Both the position numbers and the translations under genes were made by a program. Of a stretch of DNA of 64,000 bases, positions 23,680 to 37,138 are shown one piece after another; positions within the stretch are counted from its first letter, which is position 1, and each line of letters starts with the position of its first letter. The notes beneath the pieces were generated by a model, which saw nothing but the letters and a program-made list of their open reading frames with translations, was not told where the DNA came from and ran no database searches. The DNA is taken from positions 313,162,001-313,226,000 of the forward strand of contig OZ024740.1 in assembly GCA_964016885.1 (NCBI GenBank), read 5' to 3'. This stretch comes from Eledone cirrhosa (taxonomy: Eukaryota).

Positions 23680-25295
23680 GTATGTATGATAGATGATATT
23701 ATTTATAATAATCTTAACTGTAATAAAGAAAGGAGTGCGGGACTGCGTCCAGAATATAATTTTTTACCCCGTTTGTAAAATAAGTTGGATTATTTTGAAT
23801 AAATAATGAATGAATATTACATAATTTATGTGCTAAATTTCGTGGCTGTTGATTAAATATATTTTATAGCTTATTTAAAGATTCACTTCTTTAAAATTTT
23901 CAAATGTCAACACTTCCAGTTAGCAGCCCTTATATTATAACACTTATAAAAATATCACATATATTTCCATCACTAATTTTCTCCTAATGCAGTTTATATA
24001 TAATATATTTTTTAAAATATATCATGGATTACTTTACTGATTACAGAAGACAGTGTAACATAGACTTCATTCAATTTCTGTGTATATTGTCAATTACGAT
24101 TTTATTTGATGTATCATATCTACATGCGTATATATTTGTGTATATCAATATACACACTACACATGCTAGCAGAAAACCACCCGAGGGTGGTTTTTCTGCT
24201 AGTTATAATAATCATTTCTGATATGAACACGAGGCCAGCAATTTTGGGGGATGGAGAAAGTCAATTAAATCAACCCCCATTGCATTACTGGTGCTTTATT
24301 TTATCGACTCCGAAAGGATGAAAGGCAGAGCTAATCTCGTGAAGGAGAAGAAGAAAGGATGAGTTGGAGAGAGAGAGAGAGTAACAGTATGCAGGGAGAT
24401 GGAAATCAATTTTTTTGGTAAGGCTTAACGTCTGTCTCCAACCTGGATGCTCATCAGGCTGGCGTGAAGCAACTGAGAGTACAAGACGCCAGTCCATTGC
24501 AAGGTTGTACTCATTTTCAGCTGAGTAAACTGGAGCAATGTGAAATGAAGCATTTTGCTCAAGAACACAACACACAACAATATGATCATAAGTCCAACAC
24601 CCTTACCACTAGGCCACATGCCTCCACACATTTGTTTTACCTCCTCAACTAAGCATTCATTCTTTCTCCCACTGCCACTCCCAGTAGAATATACATTCTT
24701 TCTACATCACTCATAAAATCTTCCTGTCTTGAGTTTAGAATATCGGATTAAAAATATTTTTCTTTATTGAATATTCTGGGCTTCATCTTGATCACTGTAC
24801 CAAATTTTGCGGCAAGTCATCGAGAGTCTGTGATGTTTTGAGACAAACAGACAAACTTTGGGTTATTATATTGATATATATACATATAACTTGTATATAT
24901 CATCATCATCATTACTTTCACGTCCATTTTTCCACACTCGCATGGGTTGGATGGGTCTTTTTCAGTACAGCATCTCTCCACTTGCCATGTTCCTTTGTCA
25001 TCTCCCCTGTGAGTCTCAGCAATTTGAGATCAGCTCTCCCTTAGTACCTCTACTGCTACTTCCTTCTATTGTGTATGTGCATCACATGCTCATACCAGCA
25101 CAGTTTTTTTCTCTTGCACATCACTTTGGATTCCTCTTAAACCCAGCTTCTCCCTCAGTTCATCCAAGCTCTGCCTTTCTCTCATACTTACATTGTATAT
25201 CCATATATTTATATAAATATGAATAAAATCTCAACACAAATGCATGTTGAAACCTAAGGTTTCAAATTTCAACCAGCATAGGAGATAGATATTCT

Positions 25296-25354
25296 ATGCT
25301 TGAAGATAACTAAACTAGCAGACATAGAATGAAGTTTGAAACCTTAGGTAGCAT
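25296..25354 (+). ncRNA. Degenerate hammerhead motif (class 2) in a small fold-back
   Basis: atgc-TTGAAGA-...-GAAA-ccttagg-TA-gcat, with an inverted partial copy at 25238-25270. C3 is replaced by T. Confidence 0.45.
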
Positions 25355-25787
25355 GCATTTATAATAATGAAAATTATTGTGTACAGTACTCTGGTGCACT
25401 ACAACTCATCAAAGGTGCATGTATAGGACATAGAAAAATGTTTAAAAGTCAGGAAGGAAAGGGAACGGTGTATGAGTAATGATATACACACAGTTACACT
25501 CACAGGAAGCATGGCAGTTTTGAAGGGTGCAGTGTCCCAACAGCTAACAACTGATGCAGGTAGTTTGTTCCATGCTTTAGCAACTTAGAGCATGAAGAAG
25601 TGTTTCCGAAAATCATTTGTATTTATTTATATATGTAAAGTTAGGTGAAGAAGTGTTAAGACAGAAGATGTGGTACAGTTTGATCTCAGGACATTGAGCT
25701 TTATGAAGATGAACAAGCAACAAGACACTGCACTGGGAAAAATTCATCCATCCCAAACCCACATAGAAAAAAATGAATGTAAAATAA

Positions 25788-26125
25788 TTGTTTCTACTTT
25801 TGGCCCAAGGCCAGCAATTATTCAGTACATTACTGGTACTTTATTTTATCGACCCCATAAGGATGAAAGGCAAAGTTAACCTCGGCGGGATTTGAACTCA
25901 GAATGGCAAGGGCCGTAACCCTATGCGTCAAAGCATGGCGTCTGACCCTCTACCGATACTGCCAATCCACCGAATGTAAAATAATTGTTTCTACTTTTGG
26001 CACAAGGCCAGCAATTACCCAGTGCATTACTGGTACTTTATTTTATCGACCCCGTAAGGATGAAAGGCAAAGTTAACCTCGGCGGGATTTGAACTCAGAA
26101 TGGCAAGGACTGTTCTGAGTTCAAA
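25788..26125 (-). mobile_element. Two tandem SINE-A copies
   Basis: The target sequence aatgtaaaataat is present before, between and after the copies. Confidence 0.85.
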
Positions 26126-27626
26126 TGTAAAATAATGATGATCTACACTATCAGTTATAGTTGCCAGAATGTTAGTAGACCATAGAAAATACAGTCTAGC
26201 ATTTACTCAACAATAACTTTTACAGAATTGTAGGATTGTGTGTATATGTGTGCTTATATTCATACCTGAATAATTTCTCTCTGCGTGTATGTGTGTACAT
26301 TTTAAACAAAGTAATTCTGTCTAGTTCCCACCCTAAATAAAATCTGTGCTACTAATGGCAACTCAACTGAACAACTTAAAATTAGATGTAAATTTTACTT
26401 TAAAAACCAAAATCTATTTGAAAAATGTATCTCAGACATTAACAAGTTATAATTGGACTTATTACAAACTGCTTTCATCATCAATTTTAAACGTTTTTTC
26501 TTTTACTCATATATATATATATATATATATCATCATCACCATTTAACGTCCATTTTTACATGCTAGCATGGGTTAATATATATATATACACCCATTTTAA
26601 ATGGTTGCTTTTGAATTATTGGCAGGCTTTCAAGTACTAACCTTTATCACCCTTTTCCTCTTGTTTTTTCTCATCATAAATTGGGAAAGTCTATAGAATA
26701 GGTTCATGCTAAACAATTCACAGTATAATATTACTTTTTACTAATCACTGGACCAGTTTTTGTGGGGTAGGAGTATAGATGATTAAATCAACTCTGGAAC
26801 ATTGCAGATATTTATTTCATTGGGTCTGCAGAGATGGGAGTTATCATCATCATCATCATCACCGTTTAACATCCATTTTTCAACGCTAGCATGAGTTAGA
26901 CAAGTTGTCCCATTGTGAGACAAGTCAGATCAGGTGACATGTTTTGCTCATTTAGAACTGATTCTAGTTTGGTTTCTACAACTAGATGCCCTTCCTAACA
27001 CCAACCACATTTACAGTGAGTATTGGGCGCTTTTTGTTGCAGCATCAAAATGACCACTTTACAGTGTGGACTGGGTGCTTTTTGTCATGGCACCAAAACC
27101 ACCACTTTACTGTGTAGTCTGGTAGACTGGGTTCTTTTTGTTGTGACACCTCCACAACCACTTTGCAGTGTGTACTGGAGGCTGTGGTGGGAAGGGTATG
27201 TGAGAAAGAGAGAGATTCATCTTTGATGCTTTATGTCATATTGTTATGAATTCAAATCTTATTGTGGTCTTTTAAGTTGCTTTTAACTTGCCTCAAAGCT
27301 CAATAGAATATAAATCATCATTGTTTTTCCATCTACTTTTCTACTCTTGCATAGGTTGGACATGTACTGTTCATATTTTGGCAGGGTTTTACTAGCTGGA
27401 TTCCCTTCCTATCACCAACTACCTTACAGTAAGGACTGGGTGCATTATTTGTGCCACCAGCACAAGAGAGGTTGTCTTACTGAACTCAAGAGTCCTCTCC
27501 ACCATATTCATAAATACCCTTGCAAGCAGGGAAAAGCAAACGTAAAATCATGATGATGATGATGATATTCTAATATAACTGATGTTGATTTAATCAACTT
27601 TGTTATGCTCTCTTTCAAAACTATTT

Positions 27627-27661
<35 letters not shown>

Positions 27662-27755
27662 TGTAAAGTTAAATGCAATCATCATCATCATAAATATCAA
27701 GAATAACATCATTATCATCATCACCACCATCAATATTATTTGTTTTCTATTGTAG

Positions 27756-27932
27756 AATTTGGGGCTGTATGAGTATGAAGATAATTCATCATCATCATCA
27801 TTATGTAACTCTGATGACGAAAATAACAGTGAAGAGGATCAATACTATGGAGAAGTGAATGAAAATAATATTAAAGTTGGCAACAAATCAAAATCATTAA
27901 AAGCAATCATTGAGGAAATACCCAACAGTTAG
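27756..27932 (+). CDS. NOPCHAP1: NOPCHAP1-like last coding exon, NLGLYEYEDNSSSSSLCNSDDENNSEEDQYYGEVNENNIKVGNKSKSLKAIIEEIPNS*
   Basis: Acceptor ttttctattgtAG, phase 0. NLGL, acidic/Ser tract, EV...NIK and IEE motifs are present. TAG at 27930-27932. The four exons total 456 nt. Confidence 0.88.
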   Translation, partial: NLGLYEYEDNSSSSSLCNSDDENNSEEDQYYGEVNENNIKVGNKSKSLKAIIEEIPNS

Positions 27933-28440
27933 CAGTGGTATTGTGGTGCCATGGTGGGGTAACATGGAACTAACTAACAGTTAGCAGTGGTCTTATGGAG
28001 GAGTAAAGTGTAAATACCCAACAGTTAGCAGTGGTATTGTGGTGCCATGGTGGGGTAACATGTAAATTGCCAACAGTTAGCAGTGGTGTTATGGTACCAT
28101 GGTGGGGTAACATGTAAATTGCCAACAGTTAGCAGTGGTATTGTGGTGCCATGGTGGGGTAACATGTAAATTGCCAACAGTTAGCAGTGGTGTTATGGTG
28201 CCATGGTGGGGTAACATGTAAATTGCCAACAGTTAGCAGTGGTGTTATGGTGTCATGGTGTCATGAAAAGATAACATGGAAATAACTGACAGCTGGCTGT
28301 AGTGTTGTGGTGTTATGTAGGGGAAGCCCACCTCCCCTACATAACATACAAATAACTGGGAGCTGGTAGTGGTGGTGTTGTGATGTTATGGAGGGGAGGT
28401 TGGGTAACATGTAAATAACCAGCAACTAACAGTGGTGTTG
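27921..28440 (+). repeat. 52-bp minisatellite (about 7 good and 3 degenerate units)
   Basis: Unit ccaacagttagcagtggtgttatggtgccatggtggggtaacatgtaaattg. Confidence 0.92.
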
Positions 28441-30652
28441 TGTTATGGAGGGTAGACATCAGATATGTAGTTGATGGCAGACAGTGATATAGAGATATGA
28501 AGGGTAAGCATTAGACATTTTATATTAATCTTGATGGGTAAATATTTATACCTGCAATACCCTCTAACTCTCTCTCTCTGTATTTTCTCCTCTATCTATC
28601 TATCTATCTTAACATTCTCATCTTATTCTCTTTAGGCTTATTCCTTCTCTCAAAATATTTCCCTCCTAACTAAAAAAATTTGTATTTCCTATCTCTTTAA
28701 TTCCCTTTACATACTCTCTCTCTCTTTACCATTCCTTTACTTTTCTCCCTTCCTGGCTGGGTCAATAAATGATTGACCAGAAAGCCAATACACAAACACT
28801 CACTCTCACACATGCACACACACACACTCATACATATACACCCATTCATACACATACACTCACATACACCCACCCCCACACACAAACTTACACACTCAAT
28901 CACACATACACACATACTTACATACACACACACACAAAGAACAGTTTGATAATCTGCCATATATTTTTCTACTTATAAATTACAGATTGTTTTTTTTCCT
29001 CCTTCCTGTTTGTTGTTGTTGTTCCCCCCCCCCCCCCCCCCCCCCCCATTTATTTTTCTTCTGTTACTTCTTTAATATTAAAATAAATTAAAATTACACA
29101 CCCAGAAATATTTCCTTGTTATGTTGAAATCTTTATTTTGTATATTTATTTGGTTGAAATATAAAGGTCACTACAGGAAGTATCTGATTCCTCGACATCC
29201 AATTAACATCTATGCGCTTTAGTTCTCTGCCTTCCTCATTGGTTTGTTAGTGTTGTTGTTGTTGGTGGTTAAATCTGTATCTTTTGACAATCTGCCTGTA
29301 AGTATGTGATAGAAATCACACTACCATCATCATCACCATTTAATGTCCATTTTCCATGCTATCATGGATTAGATGGGATGTCCTATTTGAGACAAGTCAG
29401 GGTCAGATGACCATGTCTTGCTCATACAGAACTGATTTGGGCCTGGTTTCTACAGCTTGATGCCTTACCTAACGCCAACCACATTTACAGTGTGGGCTGG
29501 GTGCTTTTTGTCATGACACCTACATGACCACTTTACAGTGTGGGCTGGGTGCTTTTTGTGGTGACACCTACATGACCAATTTACAGGTGGGTTGGGTGCT
29601 TTTTTGTCATGACACCTACATGACCACTTAACAGTGTGGGCTGGGTGCTTTTTGTCATGACACCTGCATAATCACTTTACAGTGTGGGCTCGGGGCTTTG
29701 GTGGGAAGGGTGTGTAGGGATTAGGAAGTGGGTATATGGGTGTGTGGAAGATGGTGCAAACCACATGTATGCTAGACAGATAAAGTTATTCTGTTATTTT
29801 ACAATATTAAATGGGAAAATACTTTTTCATTATAGATGTCAGAGTGGAATGGGTGTTTTACAAATGTAGTAATTTACATATTGTGGCAACAATTATCGTT
29901 TTACAGCTGGGTGTCTCTCCTATTGCACACCATTCAAATGTGAAATAGTGGAGAAGTGGAGTTTTAAATGTCTTCTGTTTTTTTTTTATCTAAGGTTTAA
30001 CAAGTAGAGTTATGCACCTTGCCTACAACACATTTAAACATTTTACTATATAGTCTAGTAACTGAGTGAAATAATGGTTTCTGATTTAGGCACAAGGCCA
30101 ACAAATTTTGGTGGAAGGGGGAGTCAATTGAACCCCCCCCCCCCTCCAGTGCGTGACTGCTACTTTATTTTATCGTTCCTGTAAGGATGAAAGGTAAAGC
30201 TAACCTTGGCGGGATTTGAATTCAGAATGTAAGGGGTCGTAACTCTATGCTGTGAAGCATAGTGTCTGATGCTCTACCGATGAAATAATAAGACCTTGAA
30301 CTTCCACTTAAGAATTCCTTTCTTTTCTATGTGGAACTTCAAATATATTTACCAATACTGTCTTTATGAGCAACTTACAACTATCAGTTTTTTACAATCT
30401 TTACACTAAGCCTATCTATTTCAAATGACCTGAAAAAAACCACATCATAGTACAAAGTTTCTTCAGAGGAAACAGTTTTTTAGTTCTAAAGTTATCACTA
30501 TACTGGAAAAACTTCTAATCACTGTAAACAGTGGCAGTACTTTAAAATTGGTCTAGTATTTCATTAGTTCATAATTCTGAGTGCGATTACTCTGCCAGTG
30601 TATTGAATAACTTTTAAACTGTGGTAATCTCCGACACAACTTAGGAATCTAC

Positions 30653-30689
<37 letters not shown>

Positions 30690-31182
30690 ATGTTTTGCCA
30701 GTATACATGTGAGTATGTACATATGTATGTTGCATACAAATGAACCAACATACCATTTAGAATATTCTGGAACATTTATCTGTGACATACAATTAATGAT
30801 AGTGAGGGAAAGTCTTGTGATAACTGATAAATGTGATTATGTCCTGTCCTCTGGAACAGAAGAACAAGTTTAGAGAGAAAGATGGAGATTGACGGGGACA
30901 ATATATAATAGACATTTTATTAATTTACTAACTCTGAAATCATAAATACCAGCAAAGTTTGGTACCATTAATTTTGTAGCTGATAAGACTGACATTTGCA
31001 ATGAGAGTTGTTTGTGAGATGAACTTAAGGAGTGTGATGTAACAGAAATTATTCAACAATATTTATGTTTTACACTTTTTTGTATTATGGTAGCTTTGAC
31101 TGTTATTTAATAAATATAATTTCTTTAATTGCCACAAGAGAAATGAGCAGAGTGGATAATAATAATAATAATAATAATAATA

Positions 31183-31821
31183 ATATTGTTATATTTGGGG
31201 ATGATCATTTTGCCAATAAATAATAATGCAATATTTGATTTTCTCTTAAGCTTATTATTATTATTTGTCAAAGTTTTCATCACACATTCTGTGACCTCAA
31301 TGGCATTTGATCTTCTCTGTGTCTCCTCTTCTTCTTTTTTTGGTCTTAATCTGTTTACTCCATCTTGTCTGTGGTACATTTTCTTGTCTGTGCCTGTGTG
31401 TGTCTATGTGTATGTTTGTGTGGGGGTTTGTATATTGCACTGTTTGTGTATGTGTGTTCCTTTTTTTTCTCCTTGTGTGTCCTATTCTGTCATCAATCAT
31501 TAGGTTGTGGGGTGGGGATGTTATTCCATTCATGTTTTCTGTTGAGGCTTGGTTTATTTTCTATTATGTGTGTGGCCTCAATAATTTGTCTGACCATTAT
31601 GTTGGTTCTGTGTGTGGATAGGATCTTAACTTCTGTGCTATCTATCAAGCCCCCCTGTTCTAGGAGACACAGAACAACAAATGGCATTGAGGAGGTCACA
31701 GGATGTGTGATGAAAGAGCTTTGATGAACTAACTAATAATAAAGCTGAAGTGAAAATTGAATAGTGCATGTGTTTTTCTTGGCAAAATTGACAAAATATC
31801 CATCCTCAAATATAACAATAT
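31183..31821 (-). mobile_element. Penelope-like element remnant with inverted pseudo-LTR
   Basis: Minus-strand KILST..NIMVRQIIEATHIIENKPSLNRKHE (GIY-YIG C-terminus pattern). Inverted arms 31183-31328 and 31662-31821. Decayed hammerhead TTGAGGA-g-gtcaca/tgtgat-GAAA at 31687-31715. Confidence 0.75.
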
Positions 31822-32429
31822 GTTTCAACACACGATTTAACATCTTGTGAATCTTGTGAAACAAATATATAAACATATTGATATTATTACTTTTAGTTTA
31901 GAATACAGCTTTATATTTCAAATCTAGTCTGGAACTAGGTAGATGTCTAAGAATAAGACACTTAGTGATAACCAGAGTTTGAAACATAATGTCTAACATT
32001 AGACATTTAAAAATCAGATATTTGATGAATATTTTTTTATGGCTAAATCCTATAACTTCCTTGTGTTTTACCACCATTGTCATCAATCTGACTTTGGTCA
32101 CTCATCATCCTGTATCCAGTGGGATCATTACAAATTCCTGGGTTGTGACCTTGGTCAGGTTTTCTACTTGCTATTGAAGAATCAAATTGCACTTGAGAGC
32201 AAAGACACTTCTAGCGTCTCACATTAACAGGCAGCATTGGCCAGGGAAAATGTCACTCCTTGAATCTGCACCTGCTCCCTCTTGCTGGATATACTATATT
32301 GCAGCAGTGAGTCTCAGTTACAATATCTGGGACATTAAACGATGATGATGATGTATGTTACACTAATGCATGATTAAGAATTAAAATAAACATTAGTGCT
32401 TCAGGATGTGGCATGGTTTACAATATATT

Positions 32430-32800
32430 TGTTTCTACTTTAGGCACAAGGCCAGCAATAACCCAGTTCATTACTGGTACTTTATTTTATCGACCCCGTA
32501 AGGATGAAAGGCAAAGTCAACCTCGGCGGGATTACAATATATTAATGATTAACAGCACTCAATAATGAATGTTACAAATGTAGAAAAAAAAAAAAAAAAC
32601 AGAATTCAATAATGAAAGTATTTAGCAGTATCGGTAGAAAGTCGGAGACCATGGTTTGCAGCATAGAGTTACGGCCCTTTATGATCTGAGTTCAAAGCCC
32701 GACGAGGTTAACTTTGCCTTTCATCCTTACGGGGTCGATAAAATAAAGTACCAGTTATGCACTGGGATAATTGCTGGTCTTGTGACAAAAGTAGAAACAA
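32430..32800. mobile_element. Inverted pair of SINE-A copies
   Basis: Minus copy 32430-32532 (TSD ttacaatatatt) and plus copy 32622-32800. Confidence 0.85.
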
Positions 32801-33469
32801 TTATATGTATACTTTTGTGATCTTTTTATGAAATATTTGAATCTTTCTATAACCTAATATTTCCCGCCTTATTCAACTAGTGTTCTTTCTCTCCATATAA
32901 ATATCATATCAAGTATAAGCCTCAATAGGTTAGATATAGACAATGTGACCTATATTAGTGATGATATATATTGCAATATGTAGATTATTATAAATTCATT
33001 TGTATGTATATGTGTATCCTTGCATATGATTTTTTTTTTCAAGTACATTCTTTGTATATAGGTTTTATGTATATTGATAAAAAAATAAAGAAATCCAGAA
33101 CTCTATTTATTTTTCTACATAGTCATTGGAAAGAAATAATGGAGTTATTAATAAAAAGAGCTGAAATTAACGCATGCCAGATTTCACAGCTCTAGTATCA
33201 CTCTTTTATAGTTAGCCTATGAACTTTTTAGCCGACCCTTGTATGTTTCATACATAAATATTTCACCACTTTCAGACCATTGCTCCTCACCAGCAGTTTG
33301 GCAAAGTGTTGCTGGAAAACAACACACATCTTTCAAGAGAGAGACTTCTAGTAAGAATCATATCAGAAGTGTATTGTACCATGAGATCACATTGCTCAAA
33401 TGATGTAGCTGGTCATAAGGTTGTTGTTGGAAAGCTCTTTTAAACCTCCTGAAAAAGGATAACTTCTGG

Positions 33470-33900
33470 ACTAGAACTAAAGAGCAGGACGTTTCTAAGA
33501 ATGTTTCCAGATGCCTCAAGAAGTTTGGCCACCTTGCTCCTGTTGGGAAATAGACAGCTACTAGTTTGAAGACATTACTGTCACTGCTGTTCATGTTAAA
33601 AACCACTGATTTACCATCTGGGTCCAGGAACTTCAGCTGTACTCCAAGATACAGTACTTTCTGAAACAACAGTCACTTCACCTCTCAATCTAGGTTGACT
33701 AAAATAGATACTTAAACCTTGTAGTTGTTGAAGATGGGTGTGAGTTCATGTAGCTCAGAAATTCTGCTCTCACTGATAGGTACCACATTTACATCTAGTG
33801 ACCTAAAGTTGTCAAACAAGTGACTCCTGATTTCAAGGCAATCCCAGTATTTATACTGCCTACTGTTAGTAAGACATGTTGGTTGAGAAGCTGAAAGTTG
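33470..33900 (-). mobile_element. L1/Tx1-like AP-endonuclease fragment
   Basis: DPDGKSVVF...FKLVAVYFP...FLRHLETFL...LVL pattern; decayed. Confidence 0.55.
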
Positions 33901-34081
33901 ATGAGTACTCCCTGAAAGACCCATCTAAAAGTCTTTTGTTGACCTTTTGAATTCCATCATTTGGGAATCTCTATGTGAGCTTCTTATAAAATTCTGGTGT
34001 TTTTATAAAAAGTCCATGTTTTGTAGTTTGGAGAAAGGTTTCAACCCCCCCCCCCCCCCCCTTCTTACTATTATATCATTA

Positions 34082-34581
34082 CAGTGGAACGTCAGTTCAT
34101 GAACTTAATTCATTCCTGAAGGCTGTTTGTCACCCAAAATGTTTGTAAACCGAAACTATTTTTGCCATACGAAATGTTGAGAGAGAGAGACTGTGTGTGA
34201 AAGACAGCTAGATATCACCAAAGTAACTAACTATACACCAAGTGATTCTTTTGCACAGATATTCACAGCTTGTTGCTGGCTTGTGTGTTTGTTACTCAAG
34301 ACACCATTCATCACCCAAAATGTTTGTAAACAAACTATTTTTCTCATACAAAATGTTGAGAGTGAACTACAGAGAGAAAGAGACTGTGTGTAAAAAAAAC
34401 ACAGATATCACCACAGTAACTAACTACACAGCAAGTGACACTTTCCCGCTGATATTTCAAGCTTGCCGACAAACATTGTTACCAGCTTGTGTGTTTGTTA
34501 CATCAACCAAGATGTTTTATGTTTTTAATGTTCAGAAAAATTGTTCGTGAAGAGAGGCACTTGTGAACCAAGGTTCCACTT
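34082..34581. mobile_element. Tigger/pogo-like MITE with an internal ~180-bp duplication
   Basis: TIR CAGTGGAACGTCAGTTCA / TGAACCAAGGTTCCACT; 34131-34310 repeated at 34312-34500. Confidence 0.7.
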
Positions 34582-35008
34582 TATTTTCTTTAAAGAAACT
34601 TATGAAGCCCATGTTATATTTGCTTACAACTATGAAGTTGACATAGTTTGTATATGTGTTTGGTTATTGTTGTGGCTGTAGTTTTTCATTTACCAGTGAT
34701 GGAGGTGTGTGGCTGAGTGGGAAATTGTCACACCTTCCACTGTGATGGCTCTATGCTCTAAGTGGTTATTTTTGTCTCCTTTTTCATTCCTTCTGTGAAT
34801 GTTTTGGATGATGTCTCTCATCTAACAAAGCCAAAGCAGGAGTAAGAGGTATGTACATACATGTTTCTATGTTTGTGTTTTGGTTAGAAGAGCAGAGCAA
34901 AAAAAGGGTTAAGTGATGATGGTGGTGGAGATGTTCTGATTTGTTGTTGCTGATGATGATATGGTTGTGGTGTTGACAATGTTTCCTGGTTTATGGTAAT
35001 GGTCATAG

Positions 35009-35594
35009 TGGAAACAGTCATATACACAGGCAGTATCTAAGAGGAATTTGGAGTGATGTAGACATCTCTCATGTCAGGTGATATGTGGCAGTGGAGTTGA
35101 TATTCATCTCAGATACTTTCACACAGAGTTTCAGTGTTCTGTGCAAGAAGATGGAATTTACCTAAATTTCAATATATATGACCCAGTGAGTGACAAAGGT
35201 GAAAGTGTTGCAGATGCCACCAGAAATGAATGTTTAATAGCTTGTGGCATGCATTTGGAGAGGACACGATCATTACCATGAAGAACTATTAGAAAAACTT
35301 GCCTGGAATTGGTGTTTTTCTAATAGTTCTTCATGCTCATGATTGTGTCCTCTCCAAATGTGTGCCACAAGCTATCAGACATTCATTTCTGGTGACATGT
35401 ACAACACCTTCATTTTTGTCACTCACTGGAATTTAGGTCAATTTTATCTTCTAGCAGCACAGAACACTGGGATTCTGTGTGTAAGTATCTAAGATGAATA
35501 TCAACTCCACTGCTACATATCACCTGACATGAGAGACGGCTATATCATTCCACATTCCTCTTAGATACTACCTGTGTATTTATGATCATTTCCA
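35009..35594. repeat. ~290-bp-arm imperfect palindrome with a 15-nt loop
   Basis: 35009-35298 is the reverse complement of 35314-35594 with scattered substitutions. Confidence 0.95.
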
Positions 35595-37138
35595 TTCTGG
35601 CTCTTGACTTCCATTCACGGTCTTGCAAAGAAGCTAGCTTTTACAACACCCTTGCTGTGACAGTTATTTATACTGATACTGCTGTTACTTGTCTAAGGCC
35701 TCAGTATATGAGATAATGGATGCAATTGTATTTTTTCTTATAATTCTGCCTTCCATACAATATCATTGGTTAAGATCCTTGTCTTCCTACTACTGGTAGC
35801 CATGGTGGTGGAGGCTATGAAGGTGCTGTTATTGTCATTACATATGTATTGGACATTGTTGCTACTACTGTCATGGGTCTGGTAGCAATAATAATGGTTG
35901 TGCTGTTAAAGTGTATGTTCTTTTTGTAACTTTAAACTAGAGAAGGAAAGTTATATCATACACGAATATAAAGATAGAGTCATTTCCTATCCTTTTATCT
36001 TTCTATATACGTCTGTTATCCTCTTTTCTTCATTATATGACACTATTTTATAAAATTGTAATTTTAAAATAATTGTAAACAAGATTATTATACAATTATT
36101 TCAGCTCCATATATGGTCTGGCAAAATATAATGATAAATTCTTTCTGTTCACGGTTACTTCCAAAATAAAATATACAACAAAAATCTACAACTTCAAAGC
36201 CAGGCAAACAAACAATTTTTTCAAATTCACAGAGCAAAGCAAAAATCATTGTGTTACAGGAATGATAATAATGGCTTCTGATTTAGGCACATGGCCAATA
36301 ATTTGAAGGGAAGGGGGAAGTCCATTAAATTGACCCCCAGTGCATTACTAGTATTTTATTTTATCAACCTGGCGGGATTTGAACTCAGAATGTAAAGGGA
36401 TGTAACTATGCCGTGAAGCATGGTGTCCGACGCTCTACCGATACTGCCAATAATAATAATAATAACAACAACAACAGTAGTAACAATTTCTTTATAGGTA
36501 CAAGGTCACATATTTCATGGAAGAGTATTGACGATTACTGAAATACCATTGCTTGACTGGTATTTAAGTTAGCGACCCTGGAATGATGAAAGGCATAGTC
36601 ACCCCTGGCTGGATTTTAATAATAATAACAATGTCAATGGAAATAAAAATAATTGTAATATAAGTTGGCAGTCTATTTTAAAAAATTGTTCATTTAAAAA
36701 CTGATCAAAATTTCGAATAATAAGGAAATAAAAAATATTCTAAATACAATATCAAAGTGTACCTAATTTTACATTGATTGACTGGGGTATGTTAGAATTT
36801 ATTTCTTATATAGACATAAGAGCACAAATTTATGGGGAGAATTTGTGATGTTGCAACATTTTTGCTTTCCCCAAGGTTATTAAAGATATAAATGAGGTGA
36901 AAAGGTTCCAGCCAAGAACTGATGTTTTTAGGGGATTGCCTTTATTCTTTAGCATACACAACACAAGTTTCTCAATGTTAAGCCATTTTGTGGGCTGAAA
37001 TTGGTCAGTAATAAACTATTTCATAAATTAGTATCTCTTCATTATAAATTGTTTCTTCTGGGAATTGATATTGCTGAGAAATTGTACAGTATAAAATTCT
37101 GGTGAATAAGTTTTTGATTGCAAGTGATTCCATTTGCT

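Noticed and set aside
24166-24202. Perfect GC hairpin followed by T-run resembling an intrinsic terminator
   Set aside because: Eukaryotic intron; hairpin plus CTAG better fits a Helitron-type terminus.
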